Origin: Vezdaea acicularis
Lineage: Eukaryota
Assembly (NCBI GenBank): GCA_026025075.1
Contig: JAPEUI010000111.1
Coordinates: 1-51,986 of the forward strand
DNA length: 51,986 nt
Direction of reading: 5' to 3'
The notes beneath the pieces were generated by a model that was given only the letters and a program-made list of their open reading frames with translations, had not been told where the DNA came from and did not search any database. Below, one piece after another: positions 21,598 through 33,500 of the stretch (within the stretch, counting starts at the first letter, position 1; each line of letters opens with the position of its first letter). The position numbers were made by a program, and so were the translations under genes.

Positions 21598-24105
21598 GAT
21601 TGCGGTGCTGTTAGGTTATCGGACGTTGAATTAAAGAGAAAGAGGGAGAGAAGCAAGTGCAGTGAAATGGACGAAAGATGTAATACGCCGTTACGGAGTA
21701 TTGGGGGTGAGGATGACGAGGGAGCAAGGTGGGGGAGGTTGAGGAGGAAGGGAGCTTAAGTATCACGAGAGACACGCACAGAGAGAGCGAGAGAGAGCTG
21801 GCGACAAGGCCCGCGGCCAAGCAACGGCGGTGCAGGGATGCGGCGGTGGGATAAGAAAGCAGCGACGCACCAGATAATCGCGGTCGGTCCTGCGCACCGT
21901 CCACCTCCACCGTCCTCCAATTCACATTCCCCGTCCACTGAGCCGCCACATCCCATTTCTCTTCATGAAGAGGGTGTGCACGCGCATCCCCATAGGCCAA
22001 TTCAATCGTCTTCGCAGTTTGGTCGACGCTGTGGGTGCGAAGACGCCCTCATCCCTGTCCTGTATCTGTATTGTCGTCGTTGCTGTCCTTGCCCCTCCTC
22101 ACCCGGCGATTGCTTGCTTGCCCGCCCGCGCCCGCATCCACCTTGTCCGCCTCCCCATTCCCCGCCAGCTCCTATTGTCCTCCTCTAACCCGCAGGGAGC
22201 ATACAATAATCCCCTTCTTGGTCTCTCGGCTTGACCCGCTCTGTTCCGAGCAGCCTCGCAGGAGCATCTACAGTCGGAGAATGTGCAAGCGGGCAGCCCA
22301 CGGTCCCGCCAGGCAAATAAGAATAGAGCCCACAGAGCGGCGACGCGTCTCGCTCGGCGGGTCGTGCCCCACGCCCCTTCTGGACCCGAAAAAAGCAAAT
22401 GCACAGCCCTGGCGCAGAGCGGGCAGACGGACGGGGGAGCTGCTGCCCCTCGCCGCGATCCTTCAGCATTCAGCAGCACCCGGCCGGATGCTCCCTACGC
22501 CTGCGTGCGTGCGTTCGCCCGACAGTAAGCGTGCGGTGAATCATTTGCGATGGACACTCTTACAACGGGGCGTGAAGGAAGGGTTGGGGAGGATGTGCAC
22601 AGCCATCGTCATCTTCACGGTTCTCTGTCTAGAGCCAGGTTTGTCCGAAGTCATCGCGGCCACCGTCAGAGCGCCCGCAGCGTGGGACACCCCCCGAGCT
22701 TGGTTGGGGGGCAAATTCTGCGCTGCGAACGTAATAAGAAATAACAATGCAACATGCATCCCCTTTCGCCCTTTCGCCCTTCGCCTCCCCGTCGTCGGAG
22801 CCCGGGAGAAACTCTAAAAAAGCCTCTGCAAACCTTTCCATCTCCCGAAGAAAGGACGACGGCTGTTCTGTATGTGTGGCATGGCAAGGGGTGTGATGTG
22901 AGGGCACCAGCCCGGTCCTTCGTTGCTCAGGACGCTCAGGACGCTCAGGACTTTTTCGTCCTGTGGCTAAGCGCGGCCGTCCAACCTTTCCTCTGCGCGC
23001 AAGATACTGACAACGTACGACGATGATGAGGAACGATATACGAGATGCAGTTCATCCCCAGAGCAGCCGTCGCGCCCTCACGTAACGCGCAGAACATCTC
23101 ACCCACTAGAGGAGGCCGCCCGATGAGGCAGAAAATAATCGATCATCATGGGGCATCGCTCGATCAGATCGGCGCATTCGACTTTTTCAGTTTTTCCCCT
23201 CCACCCACGCGGTTTCGCTTTTCGTTCTTCTTTTCCCCACGATGACATCCCGCCCGCATCGGACTATCGCGTGTGCCCCACAGATGCAACCCACCCGCGC
23301 GGAAAAACTAAAATGCGGCGTCCGACACCTGATCCGAAAAGGGCATGCAGCCTGCGTGATGATGCAGCTGAGCGATTTGCGGCGCGTGCACCAGTCTGCT
23401 CTCCAATGCTGCATGGAGGTCTGATGCTTTGTCTACTGACCGATGGGATGTGCTGTCATTGAAAGCGCTGTGCGTGGAAAGAACTCAGAGATCTCCATCT
23501 CCGTTTCATATCGAGAAAGGCCCATTCCAGCATGCAAGTGCCGTTCGCTTGGACTCACTTTAGCGGCTCCCGGCCCCGTCTTATCGCGTGCTGGTGATTG
23601 GAGGCCGCCGCGACGCGTAAGAACATCGAGTAACAATTGGCCGACGGATGGGAAAGTCCGGACGACTCGATCAGAAGGTTGTTGGGGGTTTGGAGTTGCT
23701 ATGCCGACGTTGTCATGAGTGACTGGGGCGATTTTAATTTTTCGAGCTGGGTTGGTTTAAGCTCAAGCTGGCTTGGCGAGGAGTTCTTCCCACACATCGG
23801 CTGTGGGCCGGTCACGGTATGGGCCGAAACCCCCTGAAGCACTCTTGGCATCCCACCTTCCCCGATGCAGACCACACTTCATGCACAATCCAAGGGCAGA
23901 GCGCTAGAGAGGTGAGTCTCCCGTGGCGCCTCATCGACGGAAACGCCATGCAAGATAAAGTCTCAAGACTTCTGGGCTGGAAGAAAGCTAGGATAGCCAA
24001 CATCATCTTACAGAGAGGGCACCGCCTTGCCGTACACTTCCTTCTAGGACTCATCAGTCCGCACTGGAACGATAGGCTGCTCGCTGTATGAGCTTCTGCT
24101 CACCT

Positions 24106-24154
24106 CTGTAGAGAAGATGCCGAGGTATTCTGTAGAGAAGATGCCGAGGTATTC
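24106..24154. repeat. 24-bp direct tandem duplication CTGTAGAGAAGATGCCGAGGTATT x2
   Basis: Exact adjacent copies are seen in the sequence. Confidence 0.9.
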
Positions 24155-25657
24155 TCCCGTAAGAACCCCTCATACCTGTCTGCCGCGAGAGACTGCGTCC
24201 CCCATAGTAACCTTACTACCAGCTTGGCGATCCCTATTGATACCTCGAGCACCTTCCCTTGATTTGATGAGAGCTTTCCAACTTCTCCTCTAAAATGCTT
24301 ATGGATAGTGAGGTTTAAGCAATCTGCCGATTGCTTAGCTGGACCATCAGCTACCAAACAGACCTAGACTTCATGACCACGCTATTGCATCTATGTCGAC
24401 CTGCTCCAAAATGGCTGTTTGGCACTCCTTGGATATAGGGCATACTAAGGGTGAGAGTGGAAACCTCGTGACCTGCTCGTTAGGCGACTACCACCAAAAG
24501 CATTCTTGCCGTGATCCTGTTTGCAAGGTCAAAGCGGCCTGAAAGGCTTGTTATCAAGCTTTTTTTCGGCGAGTTTGTTTCGGATATTGAAGGCTCATGG
24601 CTGCACACTGATTCAGAGAGAAGACTCAGTCATCGCAGCAGCAATCCGTTTGCTGTTTGTCCACGCATGTATCATTCCAAATGTTGGCTCAACCCATAGC
24701 GTTGTTGACAGCATCGTATACTTAAAGATGAAGCTTTGCTGCAACAGCCTGATTCGGCAAAGGCGGTAGTGCTTCCGGTTTGCTCAGATCCAAAAGCTAT
24801 ATACCACGTATAAAGTCCTTGAGCCGCGAAGTTGCCTAGATGTGTATCCATTGGTCGTAGTTTGGAGTTTTTTCTTTCGTGGCCATTGTCGCACAAAGTG
24901 GTCATCTCAAGCTCATTCCGCCTCTTTTTGGACCAGACAAGGTGTGCGATGATCATTGACCAAAACCCTCTCGGTACGAGAAGCCCGAATGACATTTTAC
25001 GTCACGACAAACTTGAGGGTGACGAAGAGCGTGTCTGTATCGAAGCTGTAGATGACGAGAATTAGGATGACTGTCAAAAGACGACGCAAACAGAGTACCG
25101 CGCATAAATAGAAAGGGGAACTCATACTCTCGTTTCAACCCCGGGAGAGGGCCCGGCCCACAGGCTTTTTGATCGAGTCGACCTCCATCGGTAGCCCACG
25201 ACAAAATTGACCGAAACCTGTAATCATTCGCGCAAAATGTATAGCAGCCGAAGAAAGCATTCGAAGCCAAACCCATGCGATCCATAGCAGAGTTTTACCT
25301 CAGTCTCCCGTCCTATGTCCTAAGATACCCAAGGTGCTCGTCAGTGTGGAAGACGCCCTTGCCAGGCACTTTCCAGCTGTTGAGAACAGGGATCTCATCT
25401 CTTGACTCACTATTGCTGGTGAGCCGATTCAGAGGAGCTATACAAATGGTGACTGGGCAGCAGCATAGCGGAGCTACAAACGTATCACAAAATCGATGTT
25501 GAGTAATGTTGACCAAATCTGCAGATAAAGGCGAGCTACCTGCGCTCACTATGCTTGACGAAACAACCTGGAGCGCCGACCTTGAGCAGCTCTTAAACGA
25601 TCATTATCAACCCCAAGAAGCTAGAAAGGAACTGCTGCTAGCAGAGGCAGTCGAAGC

Positions 25658-25999
25658 ATGTGTTGGATCCAGCACACCGTCCATGGGACGTGCGGACACT
25701 GGGGAAGAGACCGAAATGCATCTCCGTGCCCACGTGCTTCCATCCCTGGCAACGCGAATGGATGTTGGGACTCGCAGAGCTATGGTACCGCTCGACTTCC
25801 AACGAGGTGCTCGAACTGCATAGCAAATGAGGCGGCAGGAAGCGGTCGTATTCCGTACGGCGCCATCAACTCCGCGAGAGAGCGTCGCCTTTATATTGCG
25901 ATGATGGAAGCAGCTTGGGCAAGCTATCGCCAGGCATGTATAAACGCTGCCCATCGCGAGCGGCGGAGACGCCGGAGACGAGCAATGTCAGCCAGTTGA
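25658..25999 (+). CDS. Putative small Cys/His-rich (zinc-binding-like) protein with an Arg-rich C-terminus, 113 aa
   Basis: The pattern MC-x9-CGHW-x8-C-x11-C-x14-CxxC resembles small fungal hypothetical proteins that begin MC...CGH. It ends in HRERRRRRRR. No expression evidence is available. Confidence 0.5.
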   Translation: MCWIQHTVHGTCGHWGRDRNASPCPRASIPGNANGCWDSQSYGTARLPTRCSNCIANEAAGSGRIPYGAINSARERRLYIAMMEAAWASYRQACINAAHRERRRRRRRAMSAS

Positions 26000-28900
26000 A
26001 CATAGCTTCCTTCCATAGTGATACCCTTTAGCAATACACTATTGAGTAAATGTCTGAAGCAAATTGATATCTGGAAGAAGCTCCACAGCAAGAAAAATGT
26101 TATTAGGTGGCATCAAAATTTCCTCCAAGCTTCTATTGTGTTGTTGAATGAACGGTACGCCGCTGTGTCGGTGATCGACGAAAGTCCGTGATAGTGATAT
26201 CTGTCGTTGTACTGATCGAATGATAGTTTGGCAATAGCGTCAAGTGATGAGACCCCATTCAATACACTTCGTCTCTTCTGATGCACCTTTTATCTACCAG
26301 AAACCTGTCGCAGGGCCGTCTAGGTTGATTGTGCACACTCTTCTAGCTTACCGACGTCACATGTTCCATTCCGTAGGTCGATAGCATATCTTTGCGCATT
26401 TGAAGTAGCGCACTCAGGTGTTTAGTGGCGCACTCAAATTTTTGTTACATATCGCGAGCTAAGCATAAATGTCTTAGCGTTTGATGGAGAGACCCGTGAC
26501 GTTGGTAAAGGGGCAAAACCTCACTAGGTCACTGCCTCAATTGCACACCAGTGGCCCTTCCAACATACCAAAATTTTTGCTATTCTGGGCCATGTCTTCA
26601 GCACAAGTTCGTACCCATATCCTCTATAATCTCAACATCTTTCTCAACTCTGTAGAAAGGGAGATGTTATGTACGGATGCGCTAGGAATATGTCCCGCTT
26701 AGGCCTTTCATAGGAACTTGGAGTAATTCAGAGCTGGGGAGAAAAGCATGCCGCGGCGGATTCTATCTCCTCAAGGCCTTTCAGGTATTTCAAATGGGCA
26801 CCCACCCTTTTAGATCTTGGAGCTTAATCATACTGATGAGGGTTAAGGAAGCCTTCTCTCAAAAGACGAGTGAAAGAAATAACGAAAATTTTTACCTCCT
26901 CAAACTCGACGGAATGCATTTCAAGGTAAGGACTTATTGACGATTTGAGAGAAAAGGAGGACTAGGCTGATAGTCACTGATCCAGTATGATCAGCTGACC
27001 CAAACGCAGAAAGCCGAGTAGAGTCGTACATGTAAGCTTGACGTGTTAGCAGGACTGAGGCCGACGTATCCTGCGGCCTACCGAGACATGGCTATGTCTG
27101 TATTTAAAAAGAGAGACTTATTCCTATGCTACAGCAGCATCAATGTCTATGAAGCGAACCGACGTGCATGCAGGTAGCCTTGGACAGCATTTTCATGACC
27201 ACCCCCGGGTATAGCTAAGATAACTGGTTGAAGATACATCGGGAAACGGTTGCCATCCAAGTGGAGACACTAGAAGAATCCAGAAAGATATTTTATCAAT
27301 GAACCTAATTGCGGATTTCAAGGCAGACGTAATGACACTTCGATAGCTGCGGTGATGAGTGTATGTGAAACATTCTTGCCCTTAGATTCGTTGATCAAGT
27401 GTAGGCATAGAGCAGACTCCAGGCGATGCTTCGGCATATACGCTTCTATCAAGAACAGTAATGTTCACCGGCGGCACCAGAGGAAGGCTATCAGTACTCC
27501 CAGATTCTCGTCCGGCAGATGGAAGCTGCAGGAAGCCGAGGGCGGTTATCCAGAGTCGTGATGAAACTCCTGGAAACCGGCTTTCGGCAAGATAGTCACG
27601 CAAGGAAAAGAAAAGAAAAAGATGGCGTTGGGGCTGACAGTTCAGACGAGCCAGATCGACGCTCAACCTCGAGGGTCGCTCGAACAGAGGTCTCCTTAGC
27701 TCTTCAGGGAAAGACCAGCTCGCGTCTAAGGCGTCGTCATTCATCCACGTTACTCTAGTCGGGCAAGCCTCGATCCTTGCCATAATTTCAAGCTCGGAGG
27801 ATCTCCGATTGCTCAGGCCCGGGAAACAATTGATGCCGAATATCCGGAAATTGACCTTTGTGATTGAACGTAATCACCCAGTTTGACGCCACCTTGGCAC
27901 GATTGGACTGCCGAATAAGCGAGCACTCAGGGGTAAGGGTCTCGGCGCCCTTGGTCGGGCTTGACCAGACGAGTGCCTCCACGACTCCACCGACTTTATT
28001 GGGCCAAGGCCCTGGAAAGTCACAACACAACATGCAGATCAAAGAGGCGACGATTATAATGATTATCATTGGCCTGCCTGACTTCCAGCTCGTGCCCGAG
28101 GCTTCTCGCTGACTTTGACTCAAAGCCGATTTGACGTTAGCGGGCGCCACTGTTATAGATCTCAGCTGTTTGTGCGAGCGCCAATCGCCGCCAGGGTCAC
28201 ATGCCTGAAGAATCCTGAAGCGTGTGCCTGACTATTACTGCGTACTTTGTCAAAGACGTTCATCATTCGAGATGCTGAATAGGTCCATTGCTCAAGGACG
28301 CTTGAACGCTACGTGTGCTTAGTCATCCTCATTGTGGTCTTCGTCGAGACGAAAATGCAAGAGACAGGGGGCATTTCCATGTCCTGAGGGCTTCCTAGAG
28401 CCCTTTCACTGCGGTGAAAGTCTTTGCTAGCAATTTATGGTCGTATCATTTGCCTCTTCATGTTTCTCAAATACTTCTGACGCCGTCCAGCCGCGGGATA
28501 CTCACTAGCCATGGAAGGTGGGCGGACTGAAGAATTGACCTTGCTTGGCTTGCCCGCCTATCGCGCTTTTGAAAAGCCGCCGGGACTATAGTCAATGACG
28601 CAAGATCGCACTCTCTCTCATTTCTCACCTTGATGTCCCGTCCCTTCGCAACGCTGTTAAGCTCGGCGTAGCGCATTTCAGAGGCGTCCATCCTCGACAT
28701 CCTCATAGCCAGATCACGTGCTAGAGAGCGCATGAGAGCCCGACAGGATAGCCAACAAGGAGGCCGGTGCTGGGGAAAGGAAGCGGGGAAAGAAAACGTC
28801 TATCTCCAACTACATTGCCCAATCAAGGCGACTTGCACGGTACGACGGTCGACGTTTGTCGTTAACGTTGCGGGTAAATGTCGATATGGCGCTTCAGCCG

Positions 28901-30566
28901 GGGTTGGTGCAAAGACCGCGCCAGGACCCGATGCCGATGAAACATTGCCCACGATCACATCTGCACGTCAGAATCGTGGTACCTCGATGTCTAAGATCGG
29001 GGGTGAGGGTGGAGAGGACGTGACAATGCGATACTCCGCCATTCGCCGTCAGACTGGGCTCATTGTGTCCATCGCTCTCGACTGCTTCTGCTCACGGTAG
29101 CCTTCTTCGGCAGCTCGTCCAGCCTCCGCAAACGCCTCCGCCCGATGAAGCGGCGGCATCGACGGCAGAAAGCTGCGCTAAAGGGCTCTCTCCGCGACCG
29201 GATAACCCGACAACCCCCCCCCCGCAAGGTGAGCGCGAGGGGAGCGCACGAGCTGGCTGGCCGCATCCTCCCGCATCCACGACCTTTTCTGGCACCTGCG
29301 TCCACCCGCTCGCGATGCACCAATCCGCCCCTATCGTCACCCTCCCTCCGTCGCGACGCGAGGAAGAAGAAAGGAAGACGTGAAGGTTGGAGGGTGTGGG
29401 AACGGTGAGGGACCAGGCCCGAGGCCAGCAAACAGGTCCATTAGAGGGCTCCCGTTGGCCCGTCGCCATCATCGCGCTGGCCCTGACATCCTAATCCAGA
29501 GCCCCAGCCAGCCCACTCCACGTCTGCGACCACCCTTTTTCCCCAGTCGGCCAATCGCATGACATTGCGCAACCCTCCATTTTCGACGTTTATGCTGCCT
29601 CAACCCATCCTTTGCCCTCTCATCAATCGGTGATCTGAGCGTGATGCCACCGCTCGGCCAGAGCTGATTGCCCAGCGCCCCCTTGCGCGTTGTCTCCCCT
29701 TTTTTGCTCCAGCACTGTAGCGCGCGCGCCGTGAATCTTCAGGTCCGAGATGATCTCGCGGCCGACCCGCACGCCCGCGGACGGATACAAGGAGACCGGG
29801 CTAGAGACGGAAGGGTGAGCAGCGTGGGAGCGCCGTCGAAAGAATACGGCTGATCGAATAGAACGCCCAGAGGCCGGAGAATGCTAAGTTGGGATTGGAT
29901 GCGCCCCGCCCCCCCTGCCATGATCGACCTGGGAAGCGCAATCAACTCTGTTCATCGCTTTGGCTGGTCCGTCCGTGACTAGTAGCGAACTTTTGCGAGG
30001 TCTCGTTCTAGCCTAAAGGAACGCCGAGCAACGCATCTCATACCCCAAAATCCTCTCCCGTGCCATCACCATCCGCCATTTCCTGCTCTTTCACCAGCTT
30101 CGTCCGCTCTGCATCACCATCGCGGTGCAAGAGCAGCCACATCGTCCCATTCAGCGCCCCTCGAGAACACCGAGTGCCCGTCATCAACACGATCTTGCTC
30201 GGTGGTGCGGCGCACTGCCTCCTCCGCGAGAATCCCACCGGCAAATCGCCGAGAGTGCGGCCCAATCCAAATTTTCCCTGCAGACGTGCGTTTGCTCTAT
30301 CATCGGTCTCACGGGCGTCAGTCTTCGAAGACTGGCAAGGCTTTTATCCGACCGGCCGCTAATTGGTGACATAGAGACCTGTTTTGTTCACTTTCACCTC
30401 ACAGTCTTCCCTTTTCCGCTCGTCGATAGTCCGAGCGCACGGCGAGTCGGTAAATTGCGTGTCCAACCACAAAATAATACCAATAGCTCCTTATTCGACT
30501 CGTCGAATGTCACCCTAATACGCAGCCTGACCAGCCAACTTCCTGGCGCTCCAAGCTACTCTTGCC

Positions 30567-33500
30567 ATGGCTACGGCTGAGGTGAAAAATAATTCACGAC
30601 CGGAAGGTCTTGAGATTGCTTCACCACCTTTGGCTCGAGGTCCAAGTTCCTCGAGCGATCGCCCGTCACTATCACGCTACCCATCCTTAATGTCACCGCC
30701 AGCAGCGACGAGTCCTGAGGCGGCCTACATCGCAGCTTCAGCAGCTTCTCAAATCGTGAGCAGCCATCATGATGCTACTGCCCAAGACTTGAACGAGCAC
30801 GACATTGAACCCTCCGGCGAGACGGCATACGTATCGCCGGGATCACTGAAACTAGTGAATTCTTTCCTAGATCAATTGCTATACAACTTTCTCTCGGTTG
30901 CAAGGTCTACGTCGCTCGCCTCACTACGACCAGCAGTGTCCGAAGTTCTGAAGCCAAAGTTAGGCAGGGAAGCGATTACGGGCGCGGATCAAGAGCTCCA
31001 TGAGTATCTAGGAGGTGGGGCGGATGAAGAACTTCTGACGTTCCATAATGGCCAGGAACCAACGGGTGACTGGGATCTGGAAGCCGTCTGGAAGCGTACG
31101 CGACTACGGTGCATGGTTTACTCGTCTCTTGGCGACCTAGAGGAGGAGGATGAAGACAGGTTTGCCGATGAAGAAAGCTTTGACGGTGGCAATGGCGCTC
31201 ATGGACATGTGAGAAATGCTCCGATTATCGTTTCTCCTGCGGTGGCCATCTTCTTGACTTCCATCCTCGAATTCATTGGAGAACAGGTCTTGACCGTTGC
31301 AGGAAAAGCTGCATATAACCGTGTTGCAGCTGCAAATTTGGCGAACGACCAACCAGCGCAGTCAGAATATCAAAGCGAGATTGCGGATCGTGTAGTTATC
31401 GAAGAGCTGGATACCGAGAAAGTTGCAATGAACCCCACCCTTGGCAGACTCTGGAGAACCTGGAGGAAACGTCTGCGGTCTCCGTCGTTATCCCATGCCC
31501 GACAAATCTCTACCGATTCTTATAAGCGTAATTACCAGCCGAGTTATGCTGGTTCGAGCCGAAGGAGTAGCATCGATAACGCTGAAAACACGACTGACGT
31601 TATTTCGCGCGGTTCACTTGCCGAAGTACCAGAAGAGGATTACGCCGCATATATCCCTCTTCCAGTATCACAAAATGACATCGAAGAGATCGAAGTACCT
31701 GGGCTCGTGAACATGGACGATACGGATGATGAGAGCGTACAGACTGAAGTAGCGCCACCTATGAGGCGTAAAAGCATGATTGTGTATCAGTCTAGAGATC
31801 TCGATTTGGCAACACCAACTACTTCTACTCGCGAAGAGCTTAGGGATTCACGGCAAACCTCTGCACCTGATAACGGACGTGCACGATCCAAGTCTACTCC
31901 TGCTCCTCAACGACTTCCGCTTGTTCTCGATAGTGAATCATCACAGGCGGAAAGCGCTGACCCAGAGGCCGTGGATGCCGAAGAGATTGACGAGGCTCAA
32001 TTTGTGACCCCTATGGAATCATCCGATCCTATGAATGCTGTAAAGATCGACCAACTTACTTCTCTTCCTAAGGACGGAGTTCCAGAAGACGCAGATGAAG
32101 CTTCTACCCCCACTGGACCACCCAAAGTCTTGGATGGTAGAGAAAAACCTTCCGAGACACATCACACTGAGGGTGACAAAGACGAGGCATCAACATTCAG
32201 CCCAAGTAAAGGCCTAATCGGCGGCATGATCACTGGTACAGCGGCCCTTGGCGCCGCAGCCGTAGCGGGTATTACTGGTCACAGAAAGCGAGAGAACTTG
32301 GGGTCTGAGACAAGGGAAGAACCCAAGCAAGAGGAACCCAGGGAGCTAGAAGTCGCCTCTAAGCCAGTGTTTGATCCTGAAAGGCATGACGACGATTTTG
32401 AAGAGGAGCCTGAAATAATGGAGTCGACCCGGATGTCTGTTGAAGCTCCCCGCACCCCTGAAATAGTTCAGACTCGTTCAAGAGCCGCTTCCGCTGCTGC
32501 AATGCATGCTCAGATGGTTGCGGATGACGAGGCCAATGCTCACCACGGAGCTCACGGGCTCGGCATCCATGACAACAATCTCGAGTTCGTGGACGAAGAT
32601 CCTTCAGCCATTGGTGTTGCCCGGACGTCTAATGTCTCTATGCCAGCCATCACACTACCACCTTCTCCACGTTCAAGCAGCGGAAGGCCATCACCTGAGC
32701 AAAAGAACGTTGAAGCTGTTCGCAATGGACACGATGGTTTGAACTCGGGTTCAATCATAGTTCATGAAGTCCGTGACGACTCTGTGGCCCAAGACACTCA
32801 AAAGCCCCGCTTTGTCCTGGCTGCTCCGCCCGCTTCTCGCAGAAGTCCAGGATCTACCTCTCCAAATCCGGATCAGTCATCGCTCGTGCCATCTGGCAAT
32901 TTAGCGCCAGTATCCAAGACCCCAGGCGCTGAATATGGCGTCCCGCCATTGACACCGCTTCGAGAGATGATGGAAGCAGCTCATGATACCTCCGATGAAG
33001 CAGACTCCATCACCCAAAGCCACGACGCTACCGCTTCCGAGCCTAGCTTGCATGCTGTGCCGACAAGTATTGGGCATATTCCACAAGACTCAATCGCGTC
33101 CTCGAATTATTCCCATGCACAGCAGTCCTCCAACGCTAGCAGCATGTTTCCAGAAATGCAGAACCAGATGCCTCCAATGCCTATAGGTACTGCTTCCGAA
33201 AGAGCTGGAGTTCAGCGAGTATACACACCACCAATCACTCCTCGAGATGCTCCAAATGGGACGGTCCGTAGATCGGACAGCCTCTCGAAAGAGAACAGGC
33301 AGATCTATACTTCTGGATCACAAGGGTCTCAAGTCTCAAACAAACTAAAGGGCCTTATTGGCCTTCCCCAAGATAATCCAGACAAGCCTTTGCCGCAGCT
33401 TCGAACGTCCGAGGACGATTCTGGCAGTGCAGGTAGCGCAAGACACGCACAGGTCGGCTCCAAAGCTGCCGATAAGGAAGAAAGCTTTGAGCAACTGATC

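Noticed and set aside
22035..22817. 260-aa ORF and overlapping ORFs upstream of GLN1
   Set aside because: These are GC-rich promoter DNA giving low-complexity R/P/A/L translations in several frames, with no recognisable domain.
26833..26890. CTGATGAG...CGAAA hammerhead-ribozyme-like core
   Set aside because: I could not form a convincing stem II or the flanking stems I and III.
27393..27404. GATCAAGTGTAG matching part of U2 snRNA
   Set aside because: The match is only 12 nt; the flanking U2 sequence and Sm site are absent.
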